A stretch of 64,000 bases of DNA. Source: Piedraia hortae CBS 480.64. Its lineage: Eukaryota. Below the pieces are notes generated by a model that made no database searches, was not told where the DNA came from, and was given only the letters and a program-made list of their open reading frames with translations. The stretch covers positions 310,001 to 374,000 of the forward strand of contig MU005962.1 of assembly GCA_010093745.1 (NCBI GenBank), given 5' to 3'. Position numbers and translations under genes: made by a program. Below are positions 45,671 to 56,250 of the stretch, in pieces. Positions within the stretch are counted from its first letter, which is position 1; every line of letters starts with the position of its first letter.

Positions 45671-45882
45671 TGGCATCCCTGTCAGATATTTTTCAACCAC
45701 GAACTGTCTATAGTGTTTATAATGAGTCTGGTGCAGCTACATAGGTCGCTAGGGCCAGGGATTTGTGATTAATGACATGGATGAGGAGAAAGCCAAATCA
45801 TTGCAGACGCAAATGACGAAAGAATATTTCCTTATGATAGATCAAGCTTGACCTGAAACCAGCAGAGCTGTACACCTCACAT

Positions 45883-47397
45883 TTACGCTTTAGCTTCTCC
45901 AAGGACCGCCTCAGTATTCTTGACAAACTTCTCAAAAAGGTCCCGCACGTACTTCTCCTCCGCCATAGGATTAGCAGACACGACTCTGATGGCGAAAGTG
46001 TCCCCTATTGTGGAAGATGTCAAAAAATATTCCTTTTCTTCCTCCACCTTCTCTAAGACCTTTTTCGTGAGTTCATTGTTCTTTCTAACCGTGAAGACAG
46101 TCAACGCAAAACGCGGTGTCGTGAGGATTGAAAAGAGATCACTTCTAGTACGAAGTAACTCCGCAAACAATTCGCCAAGAGCGATATGATACTCCACATG
46201 TTTCCGCAGACCGTCAATGCCCCAGGTTCGGAGCACGAACCAAATCTTAAGAGCACGGAACCTGCGGCCTAGAGGGATCGACCAGTCTCTGTAATCCGTC
46301 ACGAGGCCGGATGAGGAATATGTGTTTTGGAGGTAGGCGGGCGCTATGCTAAATGTATTGATGAGGTCTTTGCGGTGCTGGACGAAGAGACATGATGCAT
46401 CAAAGTTGACTAGAAGCCACTTGTGGAGGTTCAAGTCAAAAGAGTCGCAGTATGATAGTAAGGATGAGAGGTATTGGTACTCGGGCAGACACAGGGCCGC
46501 ACCTGCATGGGCAGCATCGCAGTGAACCCAAACATCGGGGTATTTTTTGAGGACTTTTGCAATTTCCTTGAGGTCATCGATCGCGCAGGTGTTTGTTGTT
46601 CCGATGGATACGTTGAGATAGCAGGGCAATAGTCCCTTCTTGGCTGCTTCGTCGAGCTTAGCAAGGACGTGTTGTCCCTCCATCTCATAGTCATTTGATT
46701 CCTCTACTTTGATTGACCGGAAACGAAGCCCTGCAACTATGGCCCCCTTTTTGGTACTAGAATGTGCCTGCTCCGAACCAAAGGCCACGAGCTTCCCCCG
46801 GAGTTCGCAAGAGCGATCTTCAATTGCTTCCTCGCCAGTGATCCCCTCACGCTCTAACTGACGCCGGATATAACGCTCCCTTGCCGCAACCATGACTGTA
46901 ACGATGGCCTCGCTTGCCGTACCCTGTATAACACCGCCGCCCTCGCTCTTTGAGAGGAACGTCTCTGGCAAGCATAATATTTTCGCCAACCAATCCATGG
47001 TAATCGTTTCAAGCTCGGTGACGGCAGGCGAACAGATCCAATTGAAAGCAGGTAAATTTAATGCCGCGCTCCACATCTCACCCAATATTGCCGGATAAGT
47101 GCTACTCGAAGGGAAAAAAGCCATGAATTTTGGATGCTGCCAGTGCGTCATGCCGGGCATGATTTTCCCTTCCAGATCTTTGACTATCGTTTCCCAATCT
47201 TCGCCATGGAAAGGAGCTTCATCAGGAAGGATTTTTTGCAAGTAGCCTGGAGAAATAGATGGAAGTACTGGGCGTTTAGCGATGGTGGAGTAGTATTTCT
47301 CAATCTGTTCTATTGAAGATTGTCCTGCTGCAATAAACTGTTCCCCCGTCATTCCGAGAGGGGATATCTTGCGTTTATCTCTAGGATAAGTAGACAT
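45883..47397 (-). CDS. Aromatic L-amino-acid decarboxylase (group II PLP)
   Basis: PGMTHWQHPKF, SPAVTELE, GGGVIQGTASE, HCDAAHAG, NLHKWLLVNFD and LGRRFRALK. Start is 47397 or 47352. Confidence 0.93.
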   Translation of the reverse strand: MSTYPRDKRKISPLGMTGEQFIAAGQSSIEQIEKYYSTIAKRPVLPSISPGYLQKILPDEAPFHGEDWETIVKDLEGKIMPGMTHWQHPKFMAFFPSSSTYPAILGEMWSAALNLPAFNWICSPAVTELETITMDWLAKILCLPETFLSKSEGGGVIQGTASEAIVTVMVAARERYIRRQLEREGITGEEAIEDRSCELRGKLVAFGSEQAHSSTKKGAIVAGLRFRSIKVEESNDYEMEGQHVLAKLDEAAKKGLLPCYLNVSIGTTNTCAIDDLKEIAKVLKKYPDVWVHCDAAHAGAALCLPEYQYLSSLLSYCDSFDLNLHKWLLVNFDASCLFVQHRKDLINTFSIAPAYLQNTYSSSGLVTDYRDWSIPLGRRFRALKIWFVLRTWGIDGLRKHVEYHIALGELFAELLRTRSDLFSILTTPRFALTVFTVRKNNELTKKVLEKVEEEKEYFLTSSTIGDTFAIRVVSANPMAEEKYVRDLFEKFVKNTEAVLGEAKA

Positions 47398-47546
47398 GTT
47401 TATGATTCTGATCAAAAGAGGACTGTTCAAGATGAAAATTTGGCAGCGATAGGCTCGCACCCCGCCTTATGTTTCTCCAGTTCTGGTTGGCTGCTATATC
47501 CGAATAGCACTAGCGCAGAAACCAAACGGAAAGATTCCGCCACAAC

Positions 47547-49217
47547 ATGTTGCTTCGACGAGCTCGTAGTCTACGCAGCTTTCAATCTGCTGCCCTTCGG
47601 CGCCGACAAATGATTACAATGTCTTCAGATGACGAAGATGTGAAAACAGCGATTGCACTCTCTCTCGCAGAGAGCCAGAACAGTGCTGGAGAATCGTCCA
47701 AGCCCAAATCAGTCGGCAGTATGCTGGGTCTAGATCGGAAAGCAATGGAAGAAGAGCGCCTTGCTCGGCTAGCTTCGCGTAAGCGCACTATATCTCCCCC
47801 TCCGCTTCGTGGACCCAGTAAGTTGGCACGGGTGGAGCCTAGCGGGTCGCGCGGCTTGGCAACTGCACCAACAAGGACTTCGGAAATATCTCATTCACGT
47901 TCAGAAAAATCAAACTCTGGTTTGGCTTATCCTGATGGCGTGGTGAAGAAAACGTGGGCATACGGCCACTCTCGCAATGGTCAAGATGTCAAGATCGAAG
48001 AAGTTCTGGAACCGTCCACCCTTCGGACGGCTGTATTGTCCTCGTTCCAATGGGATGTCGAATGGGTTCTATCGAAATTGAGAACTCCACCCTCAGGTGG
48101 GAGTACCAAGTGTGTTTTTGTCATGCATGCCAAGGAAGATGCTCTCAGAGCGCAGATGTTAAGAGAAACAGAGCATCAGAGGTCCTTTCTCCGCTTATGC
48201 TTTCCGCATATGAGAGGACAAGTGCATTGCATGCACTCAAAATTGATGTTGCTGTTCCATCCAAACAAGCTTAGGATTGCTGTGCCAACAGCAAATCTCC
48301 TGGACTTTGACTGGGGCGAGACGGGAGTCATGGAGAACAGCGTGTTCATAATCGACCTCCCTCGTCGCGGTGAAAACGAAAGCAAGCTCGCCCCAACTGA
48401 GTTCCAGAAGGAGCTTTTCTACTTCCTCCAAAAGCAAGAAGTCCCAGAGGATGTCCGCCAAGGCGTCTCAAACTTCAACTTCTCAGCAACCAAAAACATG
48501 GCTTTCGTGCACACCGTAGGCGGATCAAACTATCGGGACAGCGGTGCACGCACCGGCTATCCAGGCTTGTGCCGCGCGGTGCGTCATCTGGGCCTGAAGA
48601 CCTCTGACCTACAAATCGATTTCGCAGCGTCATCAATCGGTTCCCTCAAAGACCCATATCTTCGCGCTTTGCACGCTGGCGCAAGAGGAGAAGATGTCTT
48701 CGTGACCCCTGCCACAGACGATAGCATCCCGATCAGAGAGAGGGTCAGAATATATTTCCCAACACACGAAACGGTCAAGGCGAGTACAGCTGGCGGAGCA
48801 GGATCTCTGTGCATCTCGCGAAAATGGTGGGAGGACATCTCGTTTCCAAGAGCAGCGTTCAGGGACTATGTTTCTACTCGTACGGGGCTACTAAGCCATA
48901 ACAAAATCCTCTATGCCAGGGGAACAAGGCCGGGAAAGGACACAGACGCTACAGAGCACGTAGCATGGGCGTATGTTGGCTCGGGCAATATGTCGGAATC
49001 AGCGTGGGGAAAAGTAGTCTTCGACAAAAAGGACAAATGCTGGAAGGTTAATTGTCGGAACTGGGAGTGCGGTGTGCTCCTACCCGTACCAGCCAACAGA
49101 CTCAAGGGTGGTGCGCCGGATCTGAAGGTTTTTGACCACCTTGTCCCACCGCCGTTTGTTTATCCTGGGCCGGAATACGGAAGTAGGCATCCTTGGTACT
49201 TTATGGAGATGCGATAG
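47547..49217 (+). CDS. TDP1: Tyrosyl-DNA phosphodiesterase 1-like protein with an N-terminal UIM
   Basis: Two HxK motifs (MHSK..TANL and SHNK..GSGNMSESAWG), NWECGV and UIM DEDVKTAIALSL. In-frame ATGs at 47547, 47610 and 47619. Confidence 0.88.
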   Translation: MLLRRARSLRSFQSAALRRRQMITMSSDDEDVKTAIALSLAESQNSAGESSKPKSVGSMLGLDRKAMEEERLARLASRKRTISPPPLRGPSKLARVEPSGSRGLATAPTRTSEISHSRSEKSNSGLAYPDGVVKKTWAYGHSRNGQDVKIEEVLEPSTLRTAVLSSFQWDVEWVLSKLRTPPSGGSTKCVFVMHAKEDALRAQMLRETEHQRSFLRLCFPHMRGQVHCMHSKLMLLFHPNKLRIAVPTANLLDFDWGETGVMENSVFIIDLPRRGENESKLAPTEFQKELFYFLQKQEVPEDVRQGVSNFNFSATKNMAFVHTVGGSNYRDSGARTGYPGLCRAVRHLGLKTSDLQIDFAASSIGSLKDPYLRALHAGARGEDVFVTPATDDSIPIRERVRIYFPTHETVKASTAGGAGSLCISRKWWEDISFPRAAFRDYVSTRTGLLSHNKILYARGTRPGKDTDATEHVAWAYVGSGNMSESAWGKVVFDKKDKCWKVNCRNWECGVLLPVPANRLKGGAPDLKVFDHLVPPPFVYPGPEYGSRHPWYFMEMR

Positions 49218-49670
49218 TGCAATGTCCCTCTCGCTCCTCTTTCTGGCCAAGAGAAATGAGCCGTGCTGAAAAGGCCCCTCTACTGCGAGCTCTGACCGAG
49301 CGTAAGATGTGGAAAACCAGTCAACAAGGCCTAGTTGGTGCCATAAGTTACCTAATCGTCAGGGTGTTACTTCACTCCGCAAATAACACTTGAATAAAAT
49401 CGTGCGCACACGATCTACCAGAGTGTCACATCGGAGTAATGTCTTTATCGGACCATGAACTTGTCTCGAAGTTCTCCTCTTAACTTGTCCTGACAGTCAA
49501 TTCCATTGTTTACTTACGAACGTTGACGCACACAATACACTAGTCACTTTGCAAGATAACGTTCACACGCGTCAAGTGTCATTCCTACCAGTATATCTGT
49601 ACCTCTTGCTTCCCATCTGTCTTACAACACCACTACTTGCATTTACTCTGACTCCAACCATACTGATAAC

Positions 49671-51022
49671 ATGGCAGACAAAGACTCTTACTCTACGACT
49701 TCGTCGTCATCGAACGATGAAAGTGACACCACCGATTCTTCGGAACCATGGATCTGCATGAAGGCGAGCGATTTCTGGGCCCACCTGACTGAAGAAGACC
49801 TTGTCAAGACTGTGGAGGAACGTGCAAGGAATGGCGACGAACTAGACGAATCCGACGAGATTGTCGGGGTCTTGCACCACAAGGTCAAGAATGGAGTGAG
49901 TAAGTAAACCCTGACCGGGTAGTCAATTTGCTGATGCTGAATTTTTCAGTCATAGGTCCCCGAGATCGGCTCCCAGAGAGTGCGTTTCAACCTTATAACA
50001 ACTTCTTCCTGGTATACCGCCCTTTCTAGGTGATTTATCTGGCAATGCTGACGTGAGTCTAGGTTGAATGCGTGGGCCGTGCAAACCCAATGTGGTCCAC
50101 GTGGGATGTTCTACAAAACCTCAATTCCTCTGACCGGGTGATCAATTATCTTCACGACTTACGATACCGCCAGACTAAGCATCCGGCCCAAGAACTAGAC
50201 GAAGCCTTCGGTCCTGTCGGCGAACACGGTGCTGCCATTCCGCCGCCCACGTCCAGGGACCCAAGTGTCGCCAATTCGCCAAAGTCTACAAAAGCATCCA
50301 GTGTCGCTGGTTCGCCTATCTCTGCCCGGGCTCCCAATGTGGCTCAGTCGCCTAAATTCGCAGAGGCAACCAGTGTCGCCGACCAACCCGTTGCTGCCGA
50401 CAGCCACGATACCACTGACAACCAGAGCGTTGGTGATGATAAAGGCGTTGTCAACGACGCTATAGACAATGATAATGTCGCTGAACACCATAGTCCGCGC
50501 CATGCTAATGCTCGCAGTGTGTCTGCTACTCCCCAGCATGATCCTCTAGCCGAGCTAGAGGCAATTCCTGAGAACGAGCCGGAGGCGATGCTTGAAGACG
50601 AGCCTGAAGACGAACCCGAAGCAATGGTTGAAGACGGCCCTGCCGCCGAACTGGACGCAATTGTTAAAGCTGAACCGGAAGGCGAACCGGAAGGCGAGCA
50701 GCGCTTGTGCATCTGCGAAGGAGCCGTACAAAGTGACAACTTGTTAGCATGCGACAACGAAGCGTGTCCGATCGAACGGTTCCACTTTGAATGTGTGGGT
50801 TTGGAAAAGAAGCCTTCCAAAAACAGGAAGTGGTACTGTAGTCAGTGCAAACCAACTGTTGCAAGCAAAGGCAAGGCGAAAGCTAAGACAAAAGCGACAA
50901 CGAAGGGGGTAGGCAAGGGTAAAGATAAGCCTAAGCCTGTTAAAGCTGCTGGGAAGGAGAATGTTAAGGATGGTGGAAAGGGGAAGGGTAAGGGAAGGGG
51001 AAAGGGTAATGGTAAGAAGTAG
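49671..51022 (+). CDS. Putative chromatin reader: divergent chromodomain-like region, ING-type PHD finger and Lys/Gly-rich tail (~416 aa)
   Basis: Exon model 49671-49899, 49950-50011 and 50063-51022 (introns 50 nt GTAAGT..CAG and 51 nt GTATAC..GCTGAC..TAG) gives one open frame. PHD finger CIC..CDNEAC..FHFECVGL..KWYCSQC. Confidence 0.7.
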
Positions 51023-51377
51023 AATTGCAGGGAGTAGAAAGAAGTTCAGGGGTTCTTCTGTACAATTCTCAAAGTGCGGTGGCGAATAAACAGCATTGCG
51101 AATCCCACTACTGTTTACCCGAGCAAAGTTCACAGTACCTTCACAGGATGTTTTTGTGTCAAAGCTCGGTATAGGACCCAAGGGCTCTTGCAACTTTCAA
51201 GCTACGTTCATCCAATCAAACACGTGCACAGCCTGCGCAACGGTCAGGTAACCTAACACCCTACCAAGCATGCAAAAACTAGCACACAAGTGACTAAACC
51301 GCGCCGAGCCATCAAGACAAAACGCATTCCACACCTACCAACAATCCCTACCACCATCCCTACTAACAATCCTAGCA

Positions 51378-52586
51378 ATGCCCTCCAAAACCCTCCTCCT
51401 AATCTTCATCCACGGCTTCAAAGGCAACGACAGCACCTTCTCCTCCTTCCCACGGCACCTCCGCGTCGCGCTCTCCGTGACCCTCGACCCTCTCATAACC
51501 GTCAAAACCAAAGCCTACCCCCGCTTCGAAACGCGCGGTGACCTATCCTCCTGCGTGGATAACTTTACGAAGTGGTTAAGAGACCGAGTAGAGGAAGTTG
51601 AGGGAGAAGTGGATGTCCTACTCTGCGGACATTCAATGGGTGGGATAGTTGCCGTTGAGGCGTTACTGAAACTCGAGAGGGAGAATAATATTGAAAAGGG
51701 GGTTTTGGTAGAGGACCGCTCTACTAGGGATGACTTACCGCCTGAAGAAATTCCCCTCCCTCCTTCCCCCTCACCGGTTATTCCGGTAAGGATAAAGGGC
51801 ATCCTCGCGTTTGATACGCCGTATTTGGGGATAAGTCCCGGGTTGCTTGCACATGGGGCTGAGCAGCAGTATAATACTGCATCGTCGGCTTGGAAGGCTT
51901 ATTCTAGGGCTTCGCGGTTTTTCGGATTGGAGGAGGGCGCTTCGGGGAGGGAACAGCAGAGGATATTGGATAAGGCGCTCCCTGCGGCGGATGGGTCGTC
52001 GAATTCCTCTGCGAGTTGGGCGAAATATGCTCTCTACGGGGCCGCGGTCGTGGGGGCCGCTGGGGCGGCGTATCTGTCTCGCAACCAGCTGACGCAGGGA
52101 TACGCGTGGGCGACTAGTCATTTGGAGTTTGTGAATTGTCTTGCAAGAGGGAAGGAACTACAAAGAAGATTGGAAAATGTGGTGGAGTTGAAGAGGGCAA
52201 AGGGAGTGGAATTTGCGAATTTTTACACTTGTTTGAGTGATGAGGTTAGCAGCAGAACGCAGAACGCGGGCTCGATCGTGGGCAGGGACAGGACGTTTTG
52301 TGTCGTGCCTAAGTCTGCTACCCAGAGGGAAAAGAAGGTGGAGGATGAAGTTAAGGAGGTGGTGGATATGGAGTCGGAAATGGAAGGCGGCGAAGAAGTG
52401 TTGCAATACGCAAGTGACGAAATGAAGGATAAAGGAAGTTGGATAAAATGCGTCAATTCCCTCGCTGGGGACGAGATTAGGGCGCACACGACAATGTTTG
52501 TCCCCGAGAGAAACCCCGATTACCACAACATGGTCCAGAGAGCGAGGGGCTGGATTGTTAACGTTCTTGGACAAAACTGGAGTTGA
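51378..52586 (+). CDS. Alpha/beta-hydrolase (DUF676/lipase-like)
   Basis: IFIHGFKG, nucleophile elbow GHSMGG, LAFDTPYLG and DEIRAHTTMF. Confidence 0.85.
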   Translation: MPSKTLLLIFIHGFKGNDSTFSSFPRHLRVALSVTLDPLITVKTKAYPRFETRGDLSSCVDNFTKWLRDRVEEVEGEVDVLLCGHSMGGIVAVEALLKLERENNIEKGVLVEDRSTRDDLPPEEIPLPPSPSPVIPVRIKGILAFDTPYLGISPGLLAHGAEQQYNTASSAWKAYSRASRFFGLEEGASGREQQRILDKALPAADGSSNSSASWAKYALYGAAVVGAAGAAYLSRNQLTQGYAWATSHLEFVNCLARGKELQRRLENVVELKRAKGVEFANFYTCLSDEVSSRTQNAGSIVGRDRTFCVVPKSATQREKKVEDEVKEVVDMESEMEGGEEVLQYASDEMKDKGSWIKCVNSLAGDEIRAHTTMFVPERNPDYHNMVQRARGWIVNVLGQNWS

Positions 52587-52640
52587 CTGTCAAAAGGAAA
52601 CGAAGAAACTGCAGCGTGATATCAAACAAAAGGGTATCGT

Positions 52641-53802
52641 CTATTGCCTTGACCCGTCATCAAGAGGAGAATTCAGGGTGAAATTCAGAATGTCGCTCAA
52701 CGACAGCAGCCCCTTAAGCTGCGTGTGCATGTCGATGACCACGAAACGGTGCACGCGTGACTTGCGGATGGTGTCGAAGATGGTGTCTAACCTATCATCC
52801 AGCGTGCATGTATATATACCGGGAAAGTCCTGGCCGATTAGCTGCTTCCTACGAACACGGCTGATTCTTACATGCGGCCTCATGGCCAAGGCAGCGCCAA
52901 CGCTGAGGCTGAGTTTGGAATAATCACCACCGTTGATGAGCCCAATGACATCGACAGCTTCGAAACAATTGAGAAGAGTCCCGTCTCGGGCGTCCAGGAT
53001 CGGCACGCTGCTGACGGCCCTTTTGACGAGCATTTGCACAACGTCCATGACCGGCGTGTCCATGTGCGCCGTTACGAGATTCTCATATGTGCCCATTTTG
53101 ATATCCCGCAGCGGCTTCCGAAGCATGCGCGTCTCCTTGACATTCACCGAGACGAACTTCAAAATCCGATACTGCGTGATGACGCTGATGACCACGTCCC
53201 GCTTGGTCTCATCATCGATATCCATGAGCGGTATCCGATGAGCACGAGATTGGAGCATATGCTGACACGCCTCGTACAGGGGGCGGTGTGGGTTTATCGA
53301 GATTGTTTCCAAAGGAGCAACGCCAATGGCCCGCTCAATGTCCCGCAGGCTGTCCAGCCGAAACTGGTCCACCTGGGCCAGCTTATCCGGGTTCTGGCGG
53401 TAATACTGGACCACGTTGAGGTAGTCGAACGCAGTCAGCAGGCCGGCAAAGGTAGATGTCTTGGGATCCCACAACGGCGCCGACACAATGCCGGACTGCG
53501 TCAAAATGTTCAGACTCTTCTTCAATAGGAGCGAAGTGTCAAAAATTATCAGCCGGTAGCTGAGCGGAAGGACATCGTAGCTTGTCCTCACTTTCAAAAA
53601 GGCTCGTATTGCTCGCTGAACCAATGAGCTGCCGGATCAGATGACGACACAGCTCCCAACTACTTACCAATCCCTCAATCTGTTCCCTGTCCATGTGGGT
53701 GAGTGATTTCTTGCCATCGTCGACACGCGTCTGTAGAGGTCGCAGATACGAAAATGGTGCGGCAAAGCCAATACAATCGCCCTCTCCCGCCTTTGCGTCC
53801 AT
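52641..53802 (-). CDS. SNF4: Snf1/AMPK gamma subunit (4 CBS repeats)
   Basis: Exons 53802-53668, 53615-52872 and 52829-52641. TSYDVLPLSYRL, IVSAPLWD, TQYRILKF and RKSRVHRF. Confidence 0.95.
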
Positions 53803-53862
53803 TTGTGGCGCTCACTTACTGAGTATGGACGAGTTTTGACGCACCAAAAGTGGCGAGGTAGC

Positions 53863-53958
53863 GCGGGGAGGCGACTGAAGTGGCGCGGTTGAAAGCACCG
53901 CGGGGAGCAGTTGCGGGGATGGTGCGGGGTATCATAGGGTGGGGCAGACAGGGCGGGG
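53863..53958. promoter_or_regulatory. Array of six CreA/Mig1-type SYGGRG sites upstream of SNF4
   Basis: GCGGGG at 53863, 53900, 53913, 53924 and 53953, and GTGGGG at 53939, all on the + strand. Confidence 0.55.
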
Positions 53959-54031
53959 AGTTTTGGACTGCGAGGGTAACATAACTCAGGATAGTTTAAC
54001 AGATACATCCTTTAGCCGTCAATCATAACCA

Positions 54032-55781
54032 CTAGCTTGCCGACGGCACACCATCATATCTTCTCGCCCTCCGCACCGCGTCGGCGTTGAGCTCCGGTCC
54101 GGGTTCGGGGTCCCGCTCCTCTTCCGCCTTGACCAGCTCGTGTGCCACTTCGTCCGTCGTTACGCCAGCGTTGCCCATCTTCTTTTTGCTCTCCATGACA
54201 ATAGCCTGGGCCTCGCTGACGCCGCCAGGGCGCGTGGCTGCATCGCCTTCGACGCCAATGGGCGGTACTTCGTTGGCGACCGTCTGCTGCAATGCCTTGC
54301 TGTCGAAACGGACAATCATGCAAGAGAGGTTGTCGGTGGAAAAGCGGGCCAGCGCGTGGTCCACGAGCGCCTTGGACGCGGCCTGCGGGTCGTTGATTTG
54401 GCGCACCAGTTCTACGGCCTCCTGGTCCGAACAGACGTCCCAGAGCTACCCTAGATCAGCAGGAACAGCTACGAGACAACCCAGTACTTACCCCATCGCA
54501 GGCTAAAATCAGAAATTCGTCAATGTCAGGCTGAATGACGGTTTCGGTAGTATAGGGATGTCCGGTGACCAAGTCCTTCATATAGGCGTCCCCCAACGCG
54601 CGCGTCACCGCCAATACGCCGTTGACGCGATTGTTAAGGATTAGTCCACCGGCACCGGCAATGCGTTTACCTTCATTCTCGTCGCTGCCCTTGTGATCGT
54701 AGGATAGACGTAACGCTTTTCCATTGCGACACAGGACGATGCGCGCATCCCCAACGTTGGCCGTGTACAGCACACGCTGGCGCGTAGCCACCTGCTGCAG
54801 CCTGTTCTCCACCGTCGATGCGTCGCTCTTATCTGCTTCTACAGCCGCAGCAGCCGCCGACGCGATCGGACTCGAACCAGTAGCCGATTGTTTGCTCAAT
54901 ATCCGATCTTCCCAGCGCAGCACTGCAATCACAGCCGTGCAGCCGCTGTTTTTGAGCGGTAGCTTCTCCAGCTGCTGGTCGACCGAAGTAAATGTCATGT
55001 CCAGAAGCTCCGGGATAGGCGTGTTCGGCTGCTTGCGTATAAGCTCTTCCAGCAAGATGTGCACTTTTTTGCCGCACCATTCGGCCGCAAATGTTCCGGC
55101 GTGACCGTCGAAGATGGCAAAGTAGCCGTTGTCCGTCTCCACCACGCTCTGGTCCACCGCGGCCACGGTGTCGACTGCGGGGCCTTTGCCCACGCCGTCC
55201 GGACTTAGCGCGGGTGCGGGGGTTGACATGAAATTGTACAAATAGGCGTGCGTGTCCTCCATGGTGCGGCGACATTTTTTGTTCCTGTCCTCTGTCACAC
55301 CAACACGGAAACTGGATCTAGGGCTCGGATGGGACTCCCCGGCGGAGTTGTTCCAGGATCCCTGCGGCACGCTGAGCGCAGGATCGACCTTGCCGAGTTT
55401 CTGTATCGGCGTCTGGGCCTTGTCCGCGTTCTTCTCTGGAGAGCCGCCGAAGCTGGAGAGCGACTGCTTGGCGCTGCTAAGGAAGTCGCGCGCCCGGCCG
55501 ACGCCGCTACTCCGCCGCTTCTTCTCGCCCGCCGCCGCGTCATCGGGCTTTCGCGTCGAATTCCGTTGTTCGGTCATGTTATCTTTGAGTTCATCTTCAA
55601 TGCTGCCGGTCACGCCGCCATCCACGTGAGGGCTGGCAGCTGTGGCGGCGACGTCATTGTTGACGTCCTTGGTTCCGCCAGAGCTTCCAAACATTCTATT
55701 GAACAGGCTGCCCGGTCCCGAGAAGCTGCGCCGCTTATTTCCCGCCAGGCTGGTGTTATGCAGCGACCTCGCGCCACTCAT
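54032..55781 (-). CDS. PTC1: PP2C phosphatase Ptc1
   Basis: Exons 55781-54492 and 54445-54032 (46-nt intron). [34 protein letters not shown] and STDN. Start may be 55694. Confidence 0.93.
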
Positions 55782-56250
55782 TAGGTTATGTCAGGGCGTG
55801 AAGAAGACGTCAGCCTTCAAGCAAAGGCGGACAGAGGAATATGTAAAACAAGGCAACGACGATACGTAGGGACGTACAATCAGCGTCACGAATGCGCGAA
55901 TCCAACCTCACGGACGTGGTGGGGCGCTTGGCCAGTCAAGGTCAGCTGACGTCGTTGCTCAGTAATACACGGGCGCCCGTTGGTTGTCGGTCGAGAGCTT
56001 CCGCTCCACGCGATTAGCCTGCCGGCCGCTACGGGTGCCGGTGCCTGTCACGTCAAATAGCTCGGTACCGTAAATGAAACGCTACAGCAGGGGAGGCCAA
56101 AGCTGTAAGTGGTAGGGGACTTGTAGGGCGATGCGGGGCCAGAAGACGGGATCGGAAACGTTTGGCGGCACAACCAGATCGGTGAACGGTGACGTAAACG
56201 CACATGAGTAAAACGACACGTAGCTATCAGGTTTAAAGGGTATATCATCA

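Noticed and set aside
52584..52620. TGA-CTG readthrough context after the hydrolase stop
   Set aside because: The extension (LSKGNEETAA) has no PTS1 or other signal.
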